A stretch of 57,776 bases of DNA from Candidatus Cloacimonadota bacterium (GCA_029564175.1 JAKQQL010000149.1:1-57776), one strand, 5' to 3'; counted from the first letter of the stretch, positions 7,595 to 18,713 are shown. Numbers and translations are program-made. The notes: a model not told the origin generated them from the letters alone.

Positions 7595-9979
7595 ATGAAT
7601 ATTAGTTATAAATGGCTCAAACAGTATCTTGATATAGATTTAAGCACAGAAGAATTAAAAGATAAATTAACGTTTTCAGGTATAGAAGTTGAGGCAGTAC
7701 ATCAAACCAATGAATTACTGAATCATATTGTCGTCGCTGAAATCAAAGAGAAAAAAGCTCACCCAAATTCAGATCATCTCTCTGTATGTCAGGTTTTTGA
7801 TGGCATTGATACCGTACAGGTTGTCTGTGGCGCTCCTAACTGTGCGCAGGGTCAAAAGATTGCTTTTGCCAGAACAGGTACTACAATTGGAGATATCGTT
7901 ATTAAACGTACTAAGCTGAGAGGCGAAGAATCCTTTGGTATGATCTGTTCTGAAAAAGAATTAGGCATATCTGAGAATCATGAAGGTATCCTGGTTTTAG
8001 AAGAAAATGCACCTGTAGGGGAAACTTTAGGTAAATACCTTGATTTATCTGATACCGTTTATGAAGTGGAAATTACACCAAACCGACCTGATTTACTGGG
8101 CATGATTGGTGTGGCTCAGGACTTGTCTGCTCAGCTGGATTTAGATCTGACCCTTCCAATGCTTAAAGATTATCCAAATACTGAAAAACCTGAACTAACC
8201 GTTAATATTCAGGAACCCGAGTTATGCACACGCTATATTGCCAACGTAATCGAAGGTGTAAAGATTGCCGAAAGCCCTGCCTGGATAAAAGAATGTCTGG
8301 TAGCTTGTGGCATTAAACCCATTAACAATGTGGTAGATATAACGAACTTTGTCATGATGGAATATGCACATCCGCTTCATGCTTTTGATAAAGCAAAAGT
8401 GGAAGGCAATCAGATCATTATTCGTAAAGCTCACAAAGAAGAAATCTTCCCTGCGCTTGATCATAACACATATACACTAAACGGAGAAGAACTGGTTATT
8501 GCTGATCAGGTTAAAGCGATGGCATTAGCCGGTATTATAGGCGGTGAAAACTCTCATATCACTGATGAAACAACAGCTATTGTTCTTGAAAGTGCGTGTT
8601 TTAACCCCAGTCAGATTCGCCGTACATCATATCAGAAAAAAATCTTTACGGATTCATCTTATCGCTTCGAACGCGGCACTTCAGACATTGTAGCCGAATT
8701 TGTGGCAAAGCGTGCAATTGAGCTGATTCTTTCTATTTGTGGAGGAACACTTACTCAATCAATGATTGATGCCTATCCTGCACCAAAAGAAGACGCTATT
8801 GTCATTCTCAGACCTTCACGTGTCAAAAAATTACTTACCTTAGACCTGGATAATGAAATCATCACCCAATATCTGACTGCTCTTGGTCTGAGCCTTGTTA
8901 AAACTGAAACAGATTCATTGTCCTTCAAAATTCCTTCCTGGAGAAGAGATCTGGAACGTGAAATTGACTTGATTGAAGAAATTATTCGTTTACATGGTTA
9001 CAACTCCGTTCCATCTAAGCCGGACAGACATGAAATCAGCAATAAAACATCATTACTCTTGCGTCGAAAAGTGCAGGATTTCTTGGTAACTCAGGGTTTT
9101 TATGAGGTATTAAATCTTTCATTTTCAGATCCTGCTTACTTTGATATGTTAAAGCTCGCTGATGATGATTATCGCAGAAACTGTGTCGAAATCATGAATC
9201 CTCAGGGACAGGCTTCATCCATTATGCGAAGCACTTTGTTGCCTGGTCTGATTAAAAATGCTGCTTATAATTTTAACCATGGACAGGAAAATATCAAACT
9301 ATTCGAGCTGAACAAAGTATTCTTCAAATCAGAGAATAAATTAGGCACTGAAAAATGGTCTGTGAGCGGTGTATTATCAGGTAATATTAATCCAATACAC
9401 TGGAAAAACAAAACCGAGTCAGTGAATTTCTTCTATTTGAAAGGCATTATTCAGTCTTTATTGTCATTATTTCCTGTTAAAAAATACCAGATAGAAATAT
9501 GCCAGGATCCTTTTTATCAGGAGAACCTGTCTGCTTTAATCAAAACAGGCAAAAAAGTGATTGGTTCTTTTGGTAAATTAGATCCTAAAGTGTTACTCAA
9601 CTTCGATTTTGAAAAAGAATTGTTTGCTTTTGAAATCAATTTTAGTCAATGTCTTGATTTAATGGACAAGAATGATGTGATCTTCAGCGAGATACCAAAA
9701 TTACAATCCGTATCCAGAGATATTTCCTTTGTCGTATCAAAAGAGTATCCTGTTCAAAAAATCGTTGAAGATATTATTCAATGTAATCCAAAACTGATCA
9801 AAGAAGTAATTCCCTTTGATGAATTTACTGGCAAGCAGATTCAAACCGGCTTCAGAAGCCTTTCTCTGAACATTTTAATCATTCCTGAAATAAAAAACTT
9901 GACGGATGAATACATTAATTCTTTAATTAGCTCAGTAATTGACAAATTAAAGTCAAAATATCAGATAGAAATGAGGTAA
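7595..9979 (+). CDS. pheT: Phenylalanyl-tRNA synthetase beta subunit
   Basis: HPNSDHL; VVCGAPN; LRGEESFGMICS; ITPNRPD; INNVVDITN; SSYRFERG; DLIEEIIR. Confidence 0.98.
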   Translation: MNISYKWLKQYLDIDLSTEELKDKLTFSGIEVEAVHQTNELLNHIVVAEIKEKKAHPNSDHLSVCQVFDGIDTVQVVCGAPNCAQGQKIAFARTGTTIGDIVIKRTKLRGEESFGMICSEKELGISENHEGILVLEENAPVGETLGKYLDLSDTVYEVEITPNRPDLLGMIGVAQDLSAQLDLDLTLPMLKDYPNTEKPELTVNIQEPELCTRYIANVIEGVKIAESPAWIKECLVACGIKPINNVVDITNFVMMEYAHPLHAFDKAKVEGNQIIIRKAHKEEIFPALDHNTYTLNGEELVIADQVKAMALAGIIGGENSHITDETTAIVLESACFNPSQIRRTSYQKKIFTDSSYRFERGTSDIVAEFVAKRAIELILSICGGTLTQSMIDAYPAPKEDAIVILRPSRVKKLLTLDLDNEIITQYLTALGLSLVKTETDSLSFKIPSWRRDLEREIDLIEEIIRLHGYNSVPSKPDRHEISNKTSLLLRRKVQDFLVTQGFYEVLNLSFSDPAYFDMLKLADDDYRRNCVEIMNPQGQASSIMRSTLLPGLIKNAAYNFNHGQENIKLFELNKVFFKSENKLGTEKWSVSGVLSGNINPIHWKNKTESVNFFYLKGIIQSLLSLFPVKKYQIEICQDPFYQENLSALIKTGKKVIGSFGKLDPKVLLNFDFEKELFAFEINFSQCLDLMDKNDVIFSEIPKLQSVSRDISFVVSKEYPVQKIVEDIIQCNPKLIKEVIPFDEFTGKQIQTGFRSLSLNILIIPEIKNLTDEYINSLISSVIDKLKSKYQIEMR

Positions 9980-9983
9980 GAAT

Positions 9984-10346
9984 ATGGAACAGTTAACGAT
10001 AAATGCAGCTGAAGAAGAAGTAAAAGAAACTGAAAGCCCTATGCCAATTATCGAAAAAGTACAAATTTTAATCGACAACTACACAAAATTGAAAGAAAAG
10101 TATGCTCAGTTGACTGAGGATAAGAATAAACTTGAAATGGATTATGTGGAACTGGATGATCTTTATAATTCTCTGACGAATACAAACCATGGTCTTGAAG
10201 AACAGATAAAAGGTCTTCAGGAAAATGTAGCACAATTACAACAAGAAAATCAAAATCTAAAAAATAATAATGATAATCTTGAAAATATCACCAAAGTAGC
10301 TGCTTCAAAAATTGATGTGGTTCTTTCTCAGCTGATCGACTTGTAA
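9984..10346 (+). CDS. Coiled-coil protein, ZapB-like
   Basis: Heptad-rich, acidic; sits in the pheT-X-zapA position typical of ZapB-like genes. Confidence 0.6.
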   Translation: MEQLTINAAEEEVKETESPMPIIEKVQILIDNYTKLKEKYAQLTEDKNKLEMDYVELDDLYNSLTNTNHGLEEQIKGLQENVAQLQQENQNLKNNNDNLENITKVAASKIDVVLSQLIDL

Positions 10347-10361
10347 TCAGAAAGGCTCGCG

Positions 10362-10619
10362 ATGAAAAAGGTAGATGTTAATGTCTTCGGGCAAAAAGTA
10401 TCTGTTACAGGTGATAATGCCCAGCTGATACAGGAGTATGCAGAGTATCTGGATACCTGGTTGCGCAATTTAAGCAAGCAATATGGAACACTGGATCAAA
10501 AGACATTATTCATTCTTTCCGGGCTCAATCTGGTTGAAAGAATTTACGAATTAGAAGCAAAAAATAAGGATTTGGAAAAAGAATTAAATAAAGTCAATTC
10601 TTTATTACAAACTTTATAG
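10362..10619 (+). CDS. zapA: Cell division protein ZapA
   Basis: VDVNVFGQKVSV..IQEYAEYLD..LSGLNL plus coiled-coil tail; precedes 6S RNA and rny. Confidence 0.85.
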   Translation: MKKVDVNVFGQKVSVTGDNAQLIQEYAEYLDTWLRNLSKQYGTLDQKTLFILSGLNLVERIYELEAKNKDLEKELNKVNSLLQTL

Positions 10620-10625
10620 ATTTTT

Positions 10626-10796
10626 ACCCTGCTGTATTCGTGCTTTAAATTTGTAGAGGAACCGCATTTGGAACGGGAATCGAGCCATGAGTGGCATACA
10701 TGCCTGTATTTATACAGGATCTATAAGGCTCAAAAGGTAGATGCCCACCTTGTAACTTTGGTTTCGAGGTCAATTAAAGTACGGTATGAGCAGGGC
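10626..10796 (+). ncRNA. ssrS: 6S RNA
   Basis: ~170 nt between zapA and rny; closing stem CCCTGCT(10627-33)/AGCAGGG(10789-95); GAACC..GGTTTC, GGGA..CCCACC and GAGCC..GGCTC elements fit the 6S rod; conserved synteny. Confidence 0.85.
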
Positions 10797-10821
10797 TTAA
10801 TAAACCTGGAGGAATAACTTT

Positions 10822-12387
10822 ATGATAATATATATTATCACAACCCTGATCGGGTTGATTTTAGGATTTGGTATTTCTTTTGCTCTGTATATCATTAAGA
10901 AAAATACAGCGTTCAAAGAAATTACACAAACAGAAGCCATCGCTAAAGATATTATTGAAAAAGCAAAAAGAGAATCTGAAGATTTAAAGAAAAAAGTCGT
11001 GTTAGATGCCAAAGAAGAATGGTTTAAAATTCAAAAAGGCTACGAAAACGATATTAAAGAAAGACAAAAAGAAGTCAGAAATCTTGAGAATAAATTCAAT
11101 GAACGTGTAAACAGTTTTGATAAACGTTTGGAAGTTCTGGATAAAAAAGAACAGGCTTTAAGCGAAACAGAAAAGAAACAAAAACAAAAAGAAGACGCAT
11201 TAAACAAAAAAACTGAAGAAATCGAACATCTGGTTAATGCTCAAAAGAAAAAACTGGAAGAAGTTGCCGGACTTACCCGTGATCAGGCTGTTCAAATCTT
11301 ACGAGAAGAAATGAAACAGGATGCAAGAAATTTATGTATCAATGAAATTCGTCAGGATACTGAACAATTAAAAATGGATGCCAATAAAAAAGCAGCTGAA
11401 ATTATCTCTACAGCCGTTCAAAGAATGGCTGTTGATCATATTTCAGAATCAACCGTAGCAGTCGTTTCTCTGCCATCAGATGAAATGAAAGGTCGTATTA
11501 TTGGACGTGAAGGTAGAAATATCCGTGCATTTGAAAAAGCATCTGGAGTTGATCTGATTATTGATGATACTCCAGAAGCAGTCGTATTATCCTGTTTTGA
11601 CCCTGTCAGAAGAGAAATTGCCCGTTTATCACTTGAAAAATTGATTGCAGACGGCAGAATTCATCCTGGCAGAATCGAAGAATTGATTGAAAAAACCAGA
11701 AAAGAAATGGATACAACTCTGATCTCTATAGGTGAAAAAGCATGCCTTGAAACCAATATCCATAATATATCGCCTAATCTGATTAAATTAATTGGTCGTT
11801 TACACTATCGTACCAGTTATGGTCAGAATGTACTTAATCACAGTATTGAAGCAGCATGGATTTGTGGTATTATGGCTAAGGAACTCGGGCTTGATCAGGA
11901 AATTGCGCGTAGATGCGGATTCTTGCATGATATTGGTAAAGCAATTGATCATGAGTTTGATGGTTCACATGCTGTTCTGGGTGCTAATTTTGCACGTAAA
12001 AACGGAGAAAGTAAGTTAGTCGTTAATGCAATTGAATCTCACCATGAAGAAGTTAAACCAGAAAGCGTTTACGCTGTTTTAGCTCAGGCTTCTGATGCGA
12101 TCTCTGGTGCAAGACCAGGTGCAAGACGCGAAATGTTAGAAACCTATATGCAGAGACTCGAAAAACTGGAAGAAATTGCTAACTCATTCGAAGGCGTGAA
12201 TAAATCATTTGCTATTCAGGCAGGCAGAGAGCTGCGTATTATCGTTGATCCTGCGAATATCGATGATAATCAAACGATGTTTATTGCTATGGATATTGCA
12301 AAACAAATAGAAAAAGAAATTCAATACCCTGGACAAATAAAAGTAACAGTCTTAAGAGAAACCCGACAGACTGCCATCGCAAAGTAA
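10822..12387 (+). CDS. rny: Ribonuclease Y
   Basis: N-terminal TM, coiled coil, KH (MKGRIIGREGRNIR), HD domain (YRTSYGQN..HDIGKA). Confidence 0.97.
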   Translation: MIIYIITTLIGLILGFGISFALYIIKKNTAFKEITQTEAIAKDIIEKAKRESEDLKKKVVLDAKEEWFKIQKGYENDIKERQKEVRNLENKFNERVNSFDKRLEVLDKKEQALSETEKKQKQKEDALNKKTEEIEHLVNAQKKKLEEVAGLTRDQAVQILREEMKQDARNLCINEIRQDTEQLKMDANKKAAEIISTAVQRMAVDHISESTVAVVSLPSDEMKGRIIGREGRNIRAFEKASGVDLIIDDTPEAVVLSCFDPVRREIARLSLEKLIADGRIHPGRIEELIEKTRKEMDTTLISIGEKACLETNIHNISPNLIKLIGRLHYRTSYGQNVLNHSIEAAWICGIMAKELGLDQEIARRCGFLHDIGKAIDHEFDGSHAVLGANFARKNGESKLVVNAIESHHEEVKPESVYAVLAQASDAISGARPGARREMLETYMQRLEKLEEIANSFEGVNKSFAIQAGRELRIIVDPANIDDNQTMFIAMDIAKQIEKEIQYPGQIKVTVLRETRQTAIAK

Positions 12388-12388
12388 A

Positions 12389-13183
12389 ATGAAAATTCTT
12401 TTTTTTGGAGATATATTTGGAAGACCAGGCAGGAAGGCTTTAAAAGCCTTTCTGCCTTCTTTCCTTTTAACGAATCCAGTTGATTTTGTTGTTGCTAATT
12501 GTGAAAATGCTGCCGATGGAAAAGGGGTTACAGAAAATTCTGTCAGAGAAATCTTTGATGCCGGTGTAGATGGATTGACAAGTGGCAACCACCTATGGGA
12601 TAAAAAAGATGGTATCAATGTCATTATCAACGAGAAACGACTGGTTAAACCATTAAATTTTCCTTCTGCTGCTCCAGGTAACGACTATGCCCTGCTTGAA
12701 AAAAACGATAAAAAGTTACTGATTTCCAGTCTTTGCGGACAGGCATTTATGAGCCCTGTAGATTCCCCCTTTTTTGCACTGGAAAAAAGAATTGAAGAAT
12801 TCAGAGGTTTAAGTCAACATATCCTAATCGATTTTCATGCAGAATCAACTGCTGAAAAAAGAACTTTTGGTTTTTATTTTGATGGTCTTGTAAGCGCAAT
12901 AGTCGGAACTCATACGCATATTCAGACTGCTGATGAAGAAATTCTCCCTCAGGGTACTGCATATATTACAGATGTCGGAATGAGTGGACCTGTTGATTCT
13001 GTGATTGGAATCAAAAAAGAAATTGCGATTGAAAAAATTAAGAAAGGCTTGCCCGTCAGACATGAAGTTTCTTTTGAAAAGATTTATGTCAATGCTGTTT
13101 TGGTTGAATTAGATGACAAAACAGGACGGGCTGTGTCAATAATCAGAATCAGAGAAAAAGTACTGGACAGTATTTCACGCTGA
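12389..13183 (+). CDS. ymdB: YmdB/TIGR00282 metallophosphoesterase
   Basis: GDIFGRPGR; NCENAA; TSGNH; DFHAESTAEK; GTHTH; TDVGM; follows rny. Confidence 0.93.
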   Translation: MKILFFGDIFGRPGRKALKAFLPSFLLTNPVDFVVANCENAADGKGVTENSVREIFDAGVDGLTSGNHLWDKKDGINVIINEKRLVKPLNFPSAAPGNDYALLEKNDKKLLISSLCGQAFMSPVDSPFFALEKRIEEFRGLSQHILIDFHAESTAEKRTFGFYFDGLVSAIVGTHTHIQTADEEILPQGTAYITDVGMSGPVDSVIGIKKEIAIEKIKKGLPVRHEVSFEKIYVNAVLVELDDKTGRAVSIIRIREKVLDSISR

Positions 13184-13197
13184 AATCAGGAGAATAA

Positions 13198-14067
13198 ATG
13201 GAAACAACAATTTTAAAAGGCAAGGGAGTAGCCGACAAACTAAATCTAGTAACCAGAGAAATGATTGATAATGAAAATTTGTCTCCATGTCTTGTCGTAA
13301 TTTTGATAGGTGATGACCCTGCATCAGAATACTATGTAAGTAATATCGTCAAACAAGGCAAGAAATCAGGTATAGAAGTCAGACTTCAAAAATATGAGAT
13401 GATGGATCAACCTTCTCTCGTTGATATCATAATGCAGCTTAATCAGGATGATTCTGTGTCAGGCATCATGTTACAAAAACCTCTACCAAAAGATATTGAC
13501 GAAGATTTTATCAACAATTTAATTTGCCCTGATAAGGATGTGGATGGTTTTAATCCGATGAATGCCGGAAAATTGTATTTAGAACAGGATTGTTTTATTC
13601 CTTGTACTGCTGAATCAGTACTGGAAATCATTCGTCATTATCAAATCGAAACAGAATCTAAACATATTGTTGTCATTGGTAGAAGTAATATTGTTGGAAA
13701 ACCAGTTGCAAATCTGTTTTTACACAAATCTTCCACTGGTAATGCAACTGTTACCATCTGCCATTCCAAAACCAAAGATATTTCGAATTATACACGTCAG
13801 GCAGATATTCTCGTAGCTGCAGTAGGAAAAGCCAATTTGATTAAAAAAGAAATGATTAAAGAAGGCTGTATCATTATTGATGCAGGCATCAATGAAATAA
13901 AGGATGAAAGCGGTAAAAACATTTATGTCGGAGATATTGATTATCAGGATTGTTTGCCTAAATGTCAGGCGATTACCCCTGTTCCAGGAGGCGTTGGATC
14001 TGTAACAACAAGCATTTTACTCTCCCACGTGGCAAGGTCTGCAAAAAAAATGAAAAAAAACAAATAA
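13198..14067 (+). CDS. folD: Methylenetetrahydrofolate dehydrogenase/cyclohydrolase
   Basis: KDVDGF; PCTA; IGRSNIVGKP; ATVTICHS; TPVPGGVG. Confidence 0.96.
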   Translation: METTILKGKGVADKLNLVTREMIDNENLSPCLVVILIGDDPASEYYVSNIVKQGKKSGIEVRLQKYEMMDQPSLVDIIMQLNQDDSVSGIMLQKPLPKDIDEDFINNLICPDKDVDGFNPMNAGKLYLEQDCFIPCTAESVLEIIRHYQIETESKHIVVIGRSNIVGKPVANLFLHKSSTGNATVTICHSKTKDISNYTRQADILVAAVGKANLIKKEMIKEGCIIIDAGINEIKDESGKNIYVGDIDYQDCLPKCQAITPVPGGVGSVTTSILLSHVARSAKKMKKNK

Positions 14068-14155
14068 AATGGTTGACTAATTTGTTTTATTTATGAAATT
14101 ATGCCTAAATATAGTAGTGTATTTAAAAAGAAAGATATAAAATATAGGAGGAACT

Positions 14156-16591
14156 ATGTTTAAACAACGTGCAGTATTACTTGTAACTGCAAGCGTTCTG
14201 CTTATAATTGCTTTAATTACAAGTGCTTGTGATTCTGGCAAAATGAAGCCAAATCAGGCCCCTGAAATCTTTATTACCTCTTATGCAGGTACTGACACTG
14301 TCAATACAACTGCAAATGAAGTAATTCTGTTTCAGCAGAAAATCTACTGGAATGCATACGATTCTGACGGATCTGTTAAAGGATACGCATACAGAGTCCT
14401 TAATTCAGCTGGTATTCCTATTGTTACCCCTGGTAATGATACCATCGATACGAATGGCCAGTTTACCCCTGCTGTTTTAAAAAGTATTGACTCAAAATAT
14501 GGTTGGATTATTCATACTCCAAGTGGTGTTACTGATCCAAACAAGAGAACCATCTGGACTGAAGATGTGACTGCTACGATCAATTTCCCTGCAAATGTTA
14601 ATGGTGATTCTTCATTAGTTGTATCTGCTTTTGAAGTGGTTGCTATCGACAACAGAGGAGAAATCAGCTCAATCAAAAGAAAATATTTTAATGCACAATC
14701 TCATAAACCAATCGTGTTTGCATCCACTTCTAAAGGTGTATTTGAAAAAGAAGAAGATGACGGTACAATTGTGCCTAACGAAATTGGTCAGGGCGTTAAG
14801 CTTGTGTTTACGATGAATGATAATGATCCTTATGTCGGTTCAACACCATGGTATTTTGAATATCAGCTGGTACGTTATCCATTAGCAAATCCAACTGATA
14901 CGAATGTTGATACATTAACCGTTAATCCTTCATACGAATATCCATGGATGACAACCCGTGATGAAGATAACGTTGAACAAAAAGTATTAACTGCAACTGA
15001 AAATCCAAATCTTGAAAGTAATTATAAAAACCCTGTAACTGGTGAAATAATGACTGACAGACAAACAATTACCATATTGAGAGTCAGAGCCGTCGATCTT
15101 GCAGGTATCAAATCTGATGTACGCTCTTACAGATTCTTTGTCAATGGCAGCTACTTCCCTCAAACTTTAGTTTATCATAAAAAATGCTATGCACTCGGTG
15201 ATAATCATTATATCGAAAGACAAGATCCAGGTGCAACTGAAGTTTTACCTTTTATTAAAACACCTACCGGAACTAAGATTGCAAGACCTTTCTTCTTACA
15301 TCCTGTAAATAACGTAAATGTAACTGGAGATACATTATTAACACCAACTGAATTTAAACTAACTGCTATGGCTAACAATACCAATAATAACCTGAAAGTT
15401 TGGTTAAGATGGGGATATGAAGGTGAATTTAATGATAATGATCCTGATAATACAAAAAAATCTGTGCCACGTGACTCTTTAGGTACTGATTATCAAACTG
15501 AAATTTCATATTACCTGATTCAGTTAGATGGTCAAAGATATCAATTCGGTCCATTAAAAGACGATGCAACTCAAGCTTCATTTGGAAATACTGACCCAAA
15601 TTGGTTAAAAATACCTGCAGGTCATGATATTTCTCAGAAAATCAATATCAGTGGTTTAGAAGCTGGCGTTCATACTTTAATCATAAAAACAGAAGACTTA
15701 CAAGGTAAAACCGATCCAACTCCTGCTGTATTCCAGTTTGAAGTTGTTGCACCGACCCCTGTTGAAGCTAGAAAGGATATACTTGTATTAACATCTGAAG
15801 CTAATGAAGCTGTATCATTACTGATTAAAGATTTCTACTTAAATACTTTAAAAGAAATCCATCCAGAAATGAATGTTCATTTTGCTCAAAGATTACCATG
15901 GGTTTCTGCAATTAGTAATTTAAATACAAGTATGAAAGATTATAATAACAACCCATTTGCTCCAAGTTTCCTTCAACAGTACAAATATGTCATTTTCTAC
16001 AGAGATTTCAAACCTTTTGGTTTCTTTGAAGTTAACTCTGATGCTGATCCTTACAGAATTTTCTTAAATATCAACGGGACCCTTATCATTTCTGGTGGCG
16101 ATAATGTTGCCTTTACTCATAAAAATATGCTCTCTGTTGAAGAATATCTTTTCACTACTCACTTTGGTTTACCTTCTGATCCAGAAAACGCATATACAAT
16201 CAATCCAACAGGTAACTATGCTCAGAAACCTTATATTATCCGTATATTCTCACCTACAAACCAACCTAATAATATTGAAGTTGATACAACAGCAACTGCA
16301 TTGGTTTCAATTGTTAAACAAAAACAAGGTCTTTCAACTATTTCTTATTTCAAAAATGTAAATCCAAACTATGTAATGTATAAGACCGTTTGTAAAACAC
16401 CTAACGGGCAAGATCCAAATTCCCCTCAAAATGAAGCGGATTATACTGAATATAATGATAAAGCCATCTGCTTTGTAAAAGAAAATGGTACATTAACCGG
16501 AGCTAAAGGTAAAGGTTATCTGTTTGCTCTTCCAATCAGTATGATGGACAAAGCTGATGCAAAAACTCTCTTACAAAATATAATGCCATAA
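14156..16591 (+). CDS. Large hypothetical lipoprotein with repeated Ig/Fn3-like strands
   Basis: Lipobox LITSA-C; recurring FEVVAIDNRG / LRVRAVDLAG / LIIKTEDLQG motifs; strong SD AGGAGG; own terminator. Confidence 0.75.
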   Translation: MFKQRAVLLVTASVLLIIALITSACDSGKMKPNQAPEIFITSYAGTDTVNTTANEVILFQQKIYWNAYDSDGSVKGYAYRVLNSAGIPIVTPGNDTIDTNGQFTPAVLKSIDSKYGWIIHTPSGVTDPNKRTIWTEDVTATINFPANVNGDSSLVVSAFEVVAIDNRGEISSIKRKYFNAQSHKPIVFASTSKGVFEKEEDDGTIVPNEIGQGVKLVFTMNDNDPYVGSTPWYFEYQLVRYPLANPTDTNVDTLTVNPSYEYPWMTTRDEDNVEQKVLTATENPNLESNYKNPVTGEIMTDRQTITILRVRAVDLAGIKSDVRSYRFFVNGSYFPQTLVYHKKCYALGDNHYIERQDPGATEVLPFIKTPTGTKIARPFFLHPVNNVNVTGDTLLTPTEFKLTAMANNTNNNLKVWLRWGYEGEFNDNDPDNTKKSVPRDSLGTDYQTEISYYLIQLDGQRYQFGPLKDDATQASFGNTDPNWLKIPAGHDISQKINISGLEAGVHTLIIKTEDLQGKTDPTPAVFQFEVVAPTPVEARKDILVLTSEANEAVSLLIKDFYLNTLKEIHPEMNVHFAQRLPWVSAISNLNTSMKDYNNNPFAPSFLQQYKYVIFYRDFKPFGFFEVNSDADPYRIFLNINGTLIISGGDNVAFTHKNMLSVEEYLFTTHFGLPSDPENAYTINPTGNYAQKPYIIRIFSPTNQPNNIEVDTTATALVSIVKQKQGLSTISYFKNVNPNYVMYKTVCKTPNGQDPNSPQNEADYTEYNDKAICFVKENGTLTGAKGKGYLFALPISMMDKADAKTLLQNIMP

Positions 16592-16602
16592 TCGCATGAT
16601 AT

Positions 16603-16634
16603 AAAAGAGCCTCCCAATGGAGGCTCTTTATTTT
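16603..16634 (+). terminator. Intrinsic terminator
   Basis: AAAGAGCCTCC-CAAT-GGAGGCTCTTT followed by ATTTT. Confidence 0.8.
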
Positions 16635-16702
16635 ACTACAAATCTGACCATTCTTTATAAATAGTCGAAACAAATTTTAAAAGGTGAGTTCTAATAAGAA
16701 AT

Positions 16703-17341
16703 ATGAGTAATTCTGGTAGTATAAGAAAGGCAAAAAATGAAATGAATGAGATTAGTGATAAAAAAGAACTGATACTAAATACAGCAGAGAGCATATTTGA
16801 AAAATACGGATATGCAAAGACGTCTATGGATGATATCGCTAACGAAGCATATATTGGGAAAGGAACGATCTATTATTATTTTAAATCAAAAGAAGACATT
16901 TTCCTGGAGTTGGTCGTTCATTATCACAAAATGATTAGAAATCTGGTAGAAAAGGAAATGTCAAAATGTACCAGTTTTGATCAGAAGTTTAAACTAATGA
17001 TTGAATTACCCATTAAATATGCTATAGAAAAATACCCCATATATTTTGAAGCACTTAAAACACCTTCTAAATCCTTGCTTAAAAAAATTAGCAATTTTAA
17101 AAATGAGAACAGAGCAATGCTTTATGAAAAATTAGTGAGTCTGATCCGGGAAGCTCAGGCTAATCAGGAGGTTGATGAAAATGTTGATGTAGAAAAGCTG
17201 ATTGAGGTTTTAATCAGATGGTTTTTCTTAGGTGATGATGACATAAATGTTACCCTTAGTAAAGAAGGATTTGAAAAGTTTATCAAAGAATATGATCTGT
17301 TTATATATATTATTCTATATGGAATAAAAAAAAGGAGTTAA
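16703..17341 (+). CDS. TetR/AcrR family transcriptional regulator
   Basis: ILNTAESIFEKYGYAKTSMDDIA..IGKGTIYYYFKSKEDIF HTH; alternative start at 16742. Confidence 0.93.
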   Translation: MSNSGSIRKAKNEMNEISDKKELILNTAESIFEKYGYAKTSMDDIANEAYIGKGTIYYYFKSKEDIFLELVVHYHKMIRNLVEKEMSKCTSFDQKFKLMIELPIKYAIEKYPIYFEALKTPSKSLLKKISNFKNENRAMLYEKLVSLIREAQANQEVDENVDVEKLIEVLIRWFFLGDDDINVTLSKEGFEKFIKEYDLFIYIILYGIKKRS

Positions 17342-17342
17342 A

Positions 17343-18701
17343 ATGCAGTTAAAAAGAATTAGCTTAATACTATTATTGTTAAGTTATACTATTCTTTCTT
17401 TATCTGCTTTGTCATTAAATGAGTCAATTGAGCTTGCTAAAAAGAACAATAAACAATTGATGGCTGAAGCAGAAGAAGTGGAAAGAGCAGAATATTTATA
17501 TCGTGAAGTCAGAGGTTCTTTATTGCCTCAAATTAATTTAAACGGGTCTGTGCAAGCTTCAAAAACTTATATGCCTGATGCAACTCAAACCGGATTTAGT
17601 TTTAATAATGTAACAGATGAAGCCGATCTTGCGAATACACTTGATGCTTTTATGTTACCAGCTAAAACAAAAGAAGAAACAAGTATTGCTGCCCAGCTGA
17701 AAATGGAACAATTACTCTTTTCAGGCGGTAAACTGATTAATGGTATCAGAGTTGCCAATAAATACAGAAGCCTGCAAAAAAAGAATTACGAACTCAAAGA
17801 AGAGGATCTTGTCTTTAATGTAATAAACAGTTATAACCAACTGGTTCTCTTAAATGAAGTTGTAAAGATTAAAGCTGAAGCCCTTAATCTGGCAAATGAA
17901 CACTTCACAAGAGTTCAAAAGCTACATGAGAACGGACTTGTATCCGAATATGATCTGCTTAGAGCGGAACTGGAGATTTCAAAACTGGAGCCGGAACTCG
18001 AAGAAGTAAAAAACAATTACCATGTGGCAAACTGCAATTTTAAAACGTTAATTGGATTAAATGATAGTTCAGAATTTGTACCAGATGATGGTTTAACAAA
18101 AACTGATCTACCTGAATTAAACCTTGAGGATTCCATCCGTCAGGGACTTGAGAAAAGAATCGAATTATTTCTTTCAGGGCTTAATGTTGAAATGTTGCAA
18201 GTGAAATATAACGCCGAAAAAGGCAACTACTTACCAAATGTACTACTGACAGCTGAAGCAACCAAATTTACAGCAAGCGGAGATTACTCTGTACATAAAG
18301 ATGATTTCGGCACGCTTTATCAGGCAGGGATTGTATTTCAGCTTCCAATTTTTACCGGCTTAAGTAATAACGCTAAGATTCACCAGGCAAAGCATGAGGT
18401 AAAAAAAGCAGAATTAAATAAAATGTATGCTGAAGATATGATCAAACTTGAAATTACAAATAACTGGCAAAATATGAGAACAGCCTTTCAAACATTAAAG
18501 GTTCAGGAAAAGAATGTTAAAACAGCTGAAAAAGGCTATCAGATAGCAAAAAGCAGATATGACAACCATATTGGAATACAACTGGAAATGTTGGATGCAC
18601 AGGTTCAGTTAAATGCGGCAAAAGTAACTTACGCACAAGCATTGTACCAACTGAACTATGCCATTAACAGTTTTAAAAAATCAATTGGTATGAAATTATA
18701 A
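17343..18701 (+). CDS. TolC family outer membrane efflux protein
   Basis: Signal peptide; LSLNESIELAKKNN; LLPQINL; YLPNV; LPIFTG; in an efflux operon. Confidence 0.9.
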   Translation: MQLKRISLILLLLSYTILSLSALSLNESIELAKKNNKQLMAEAEEVERAEYLYREVRGSLLPQINLNGSVQASKTYMPDATQTGFSFNNVTDEADLANTLDAFMLPAKTKEETSIAAQLKMEQLLFSGGKLINGIRVANKYRSLQKKNYELKEEDLVFNVINSYNQLVLLNEVVKIKAEALNLANEHFTRVQKLHENGLVSEYDLLRAELEISKLEPELEEVKNNYHVANCNFKTLIGLNDSSEFVPDDGLTKTDLPELNLEDSIRQGLEKRIELFLSGLNVEMLQVKYNAEKGNYLPNVLLTAEATKFTASGDYSVHKDDFGTLYQAGIVFQLPIFTGLSNNAKIHQAKHEVKKAELNKMYAEDMIKLEITNNWQNMRTAFQTLKVQEKNVKTAEKGYQIAKSRYDNHIGIQLEMLDAQVQLNAAKVTYAQALYQLNYAINSFKKSIGMKL

Positions 18702-18713
18702 AGGAGAGAAAAA

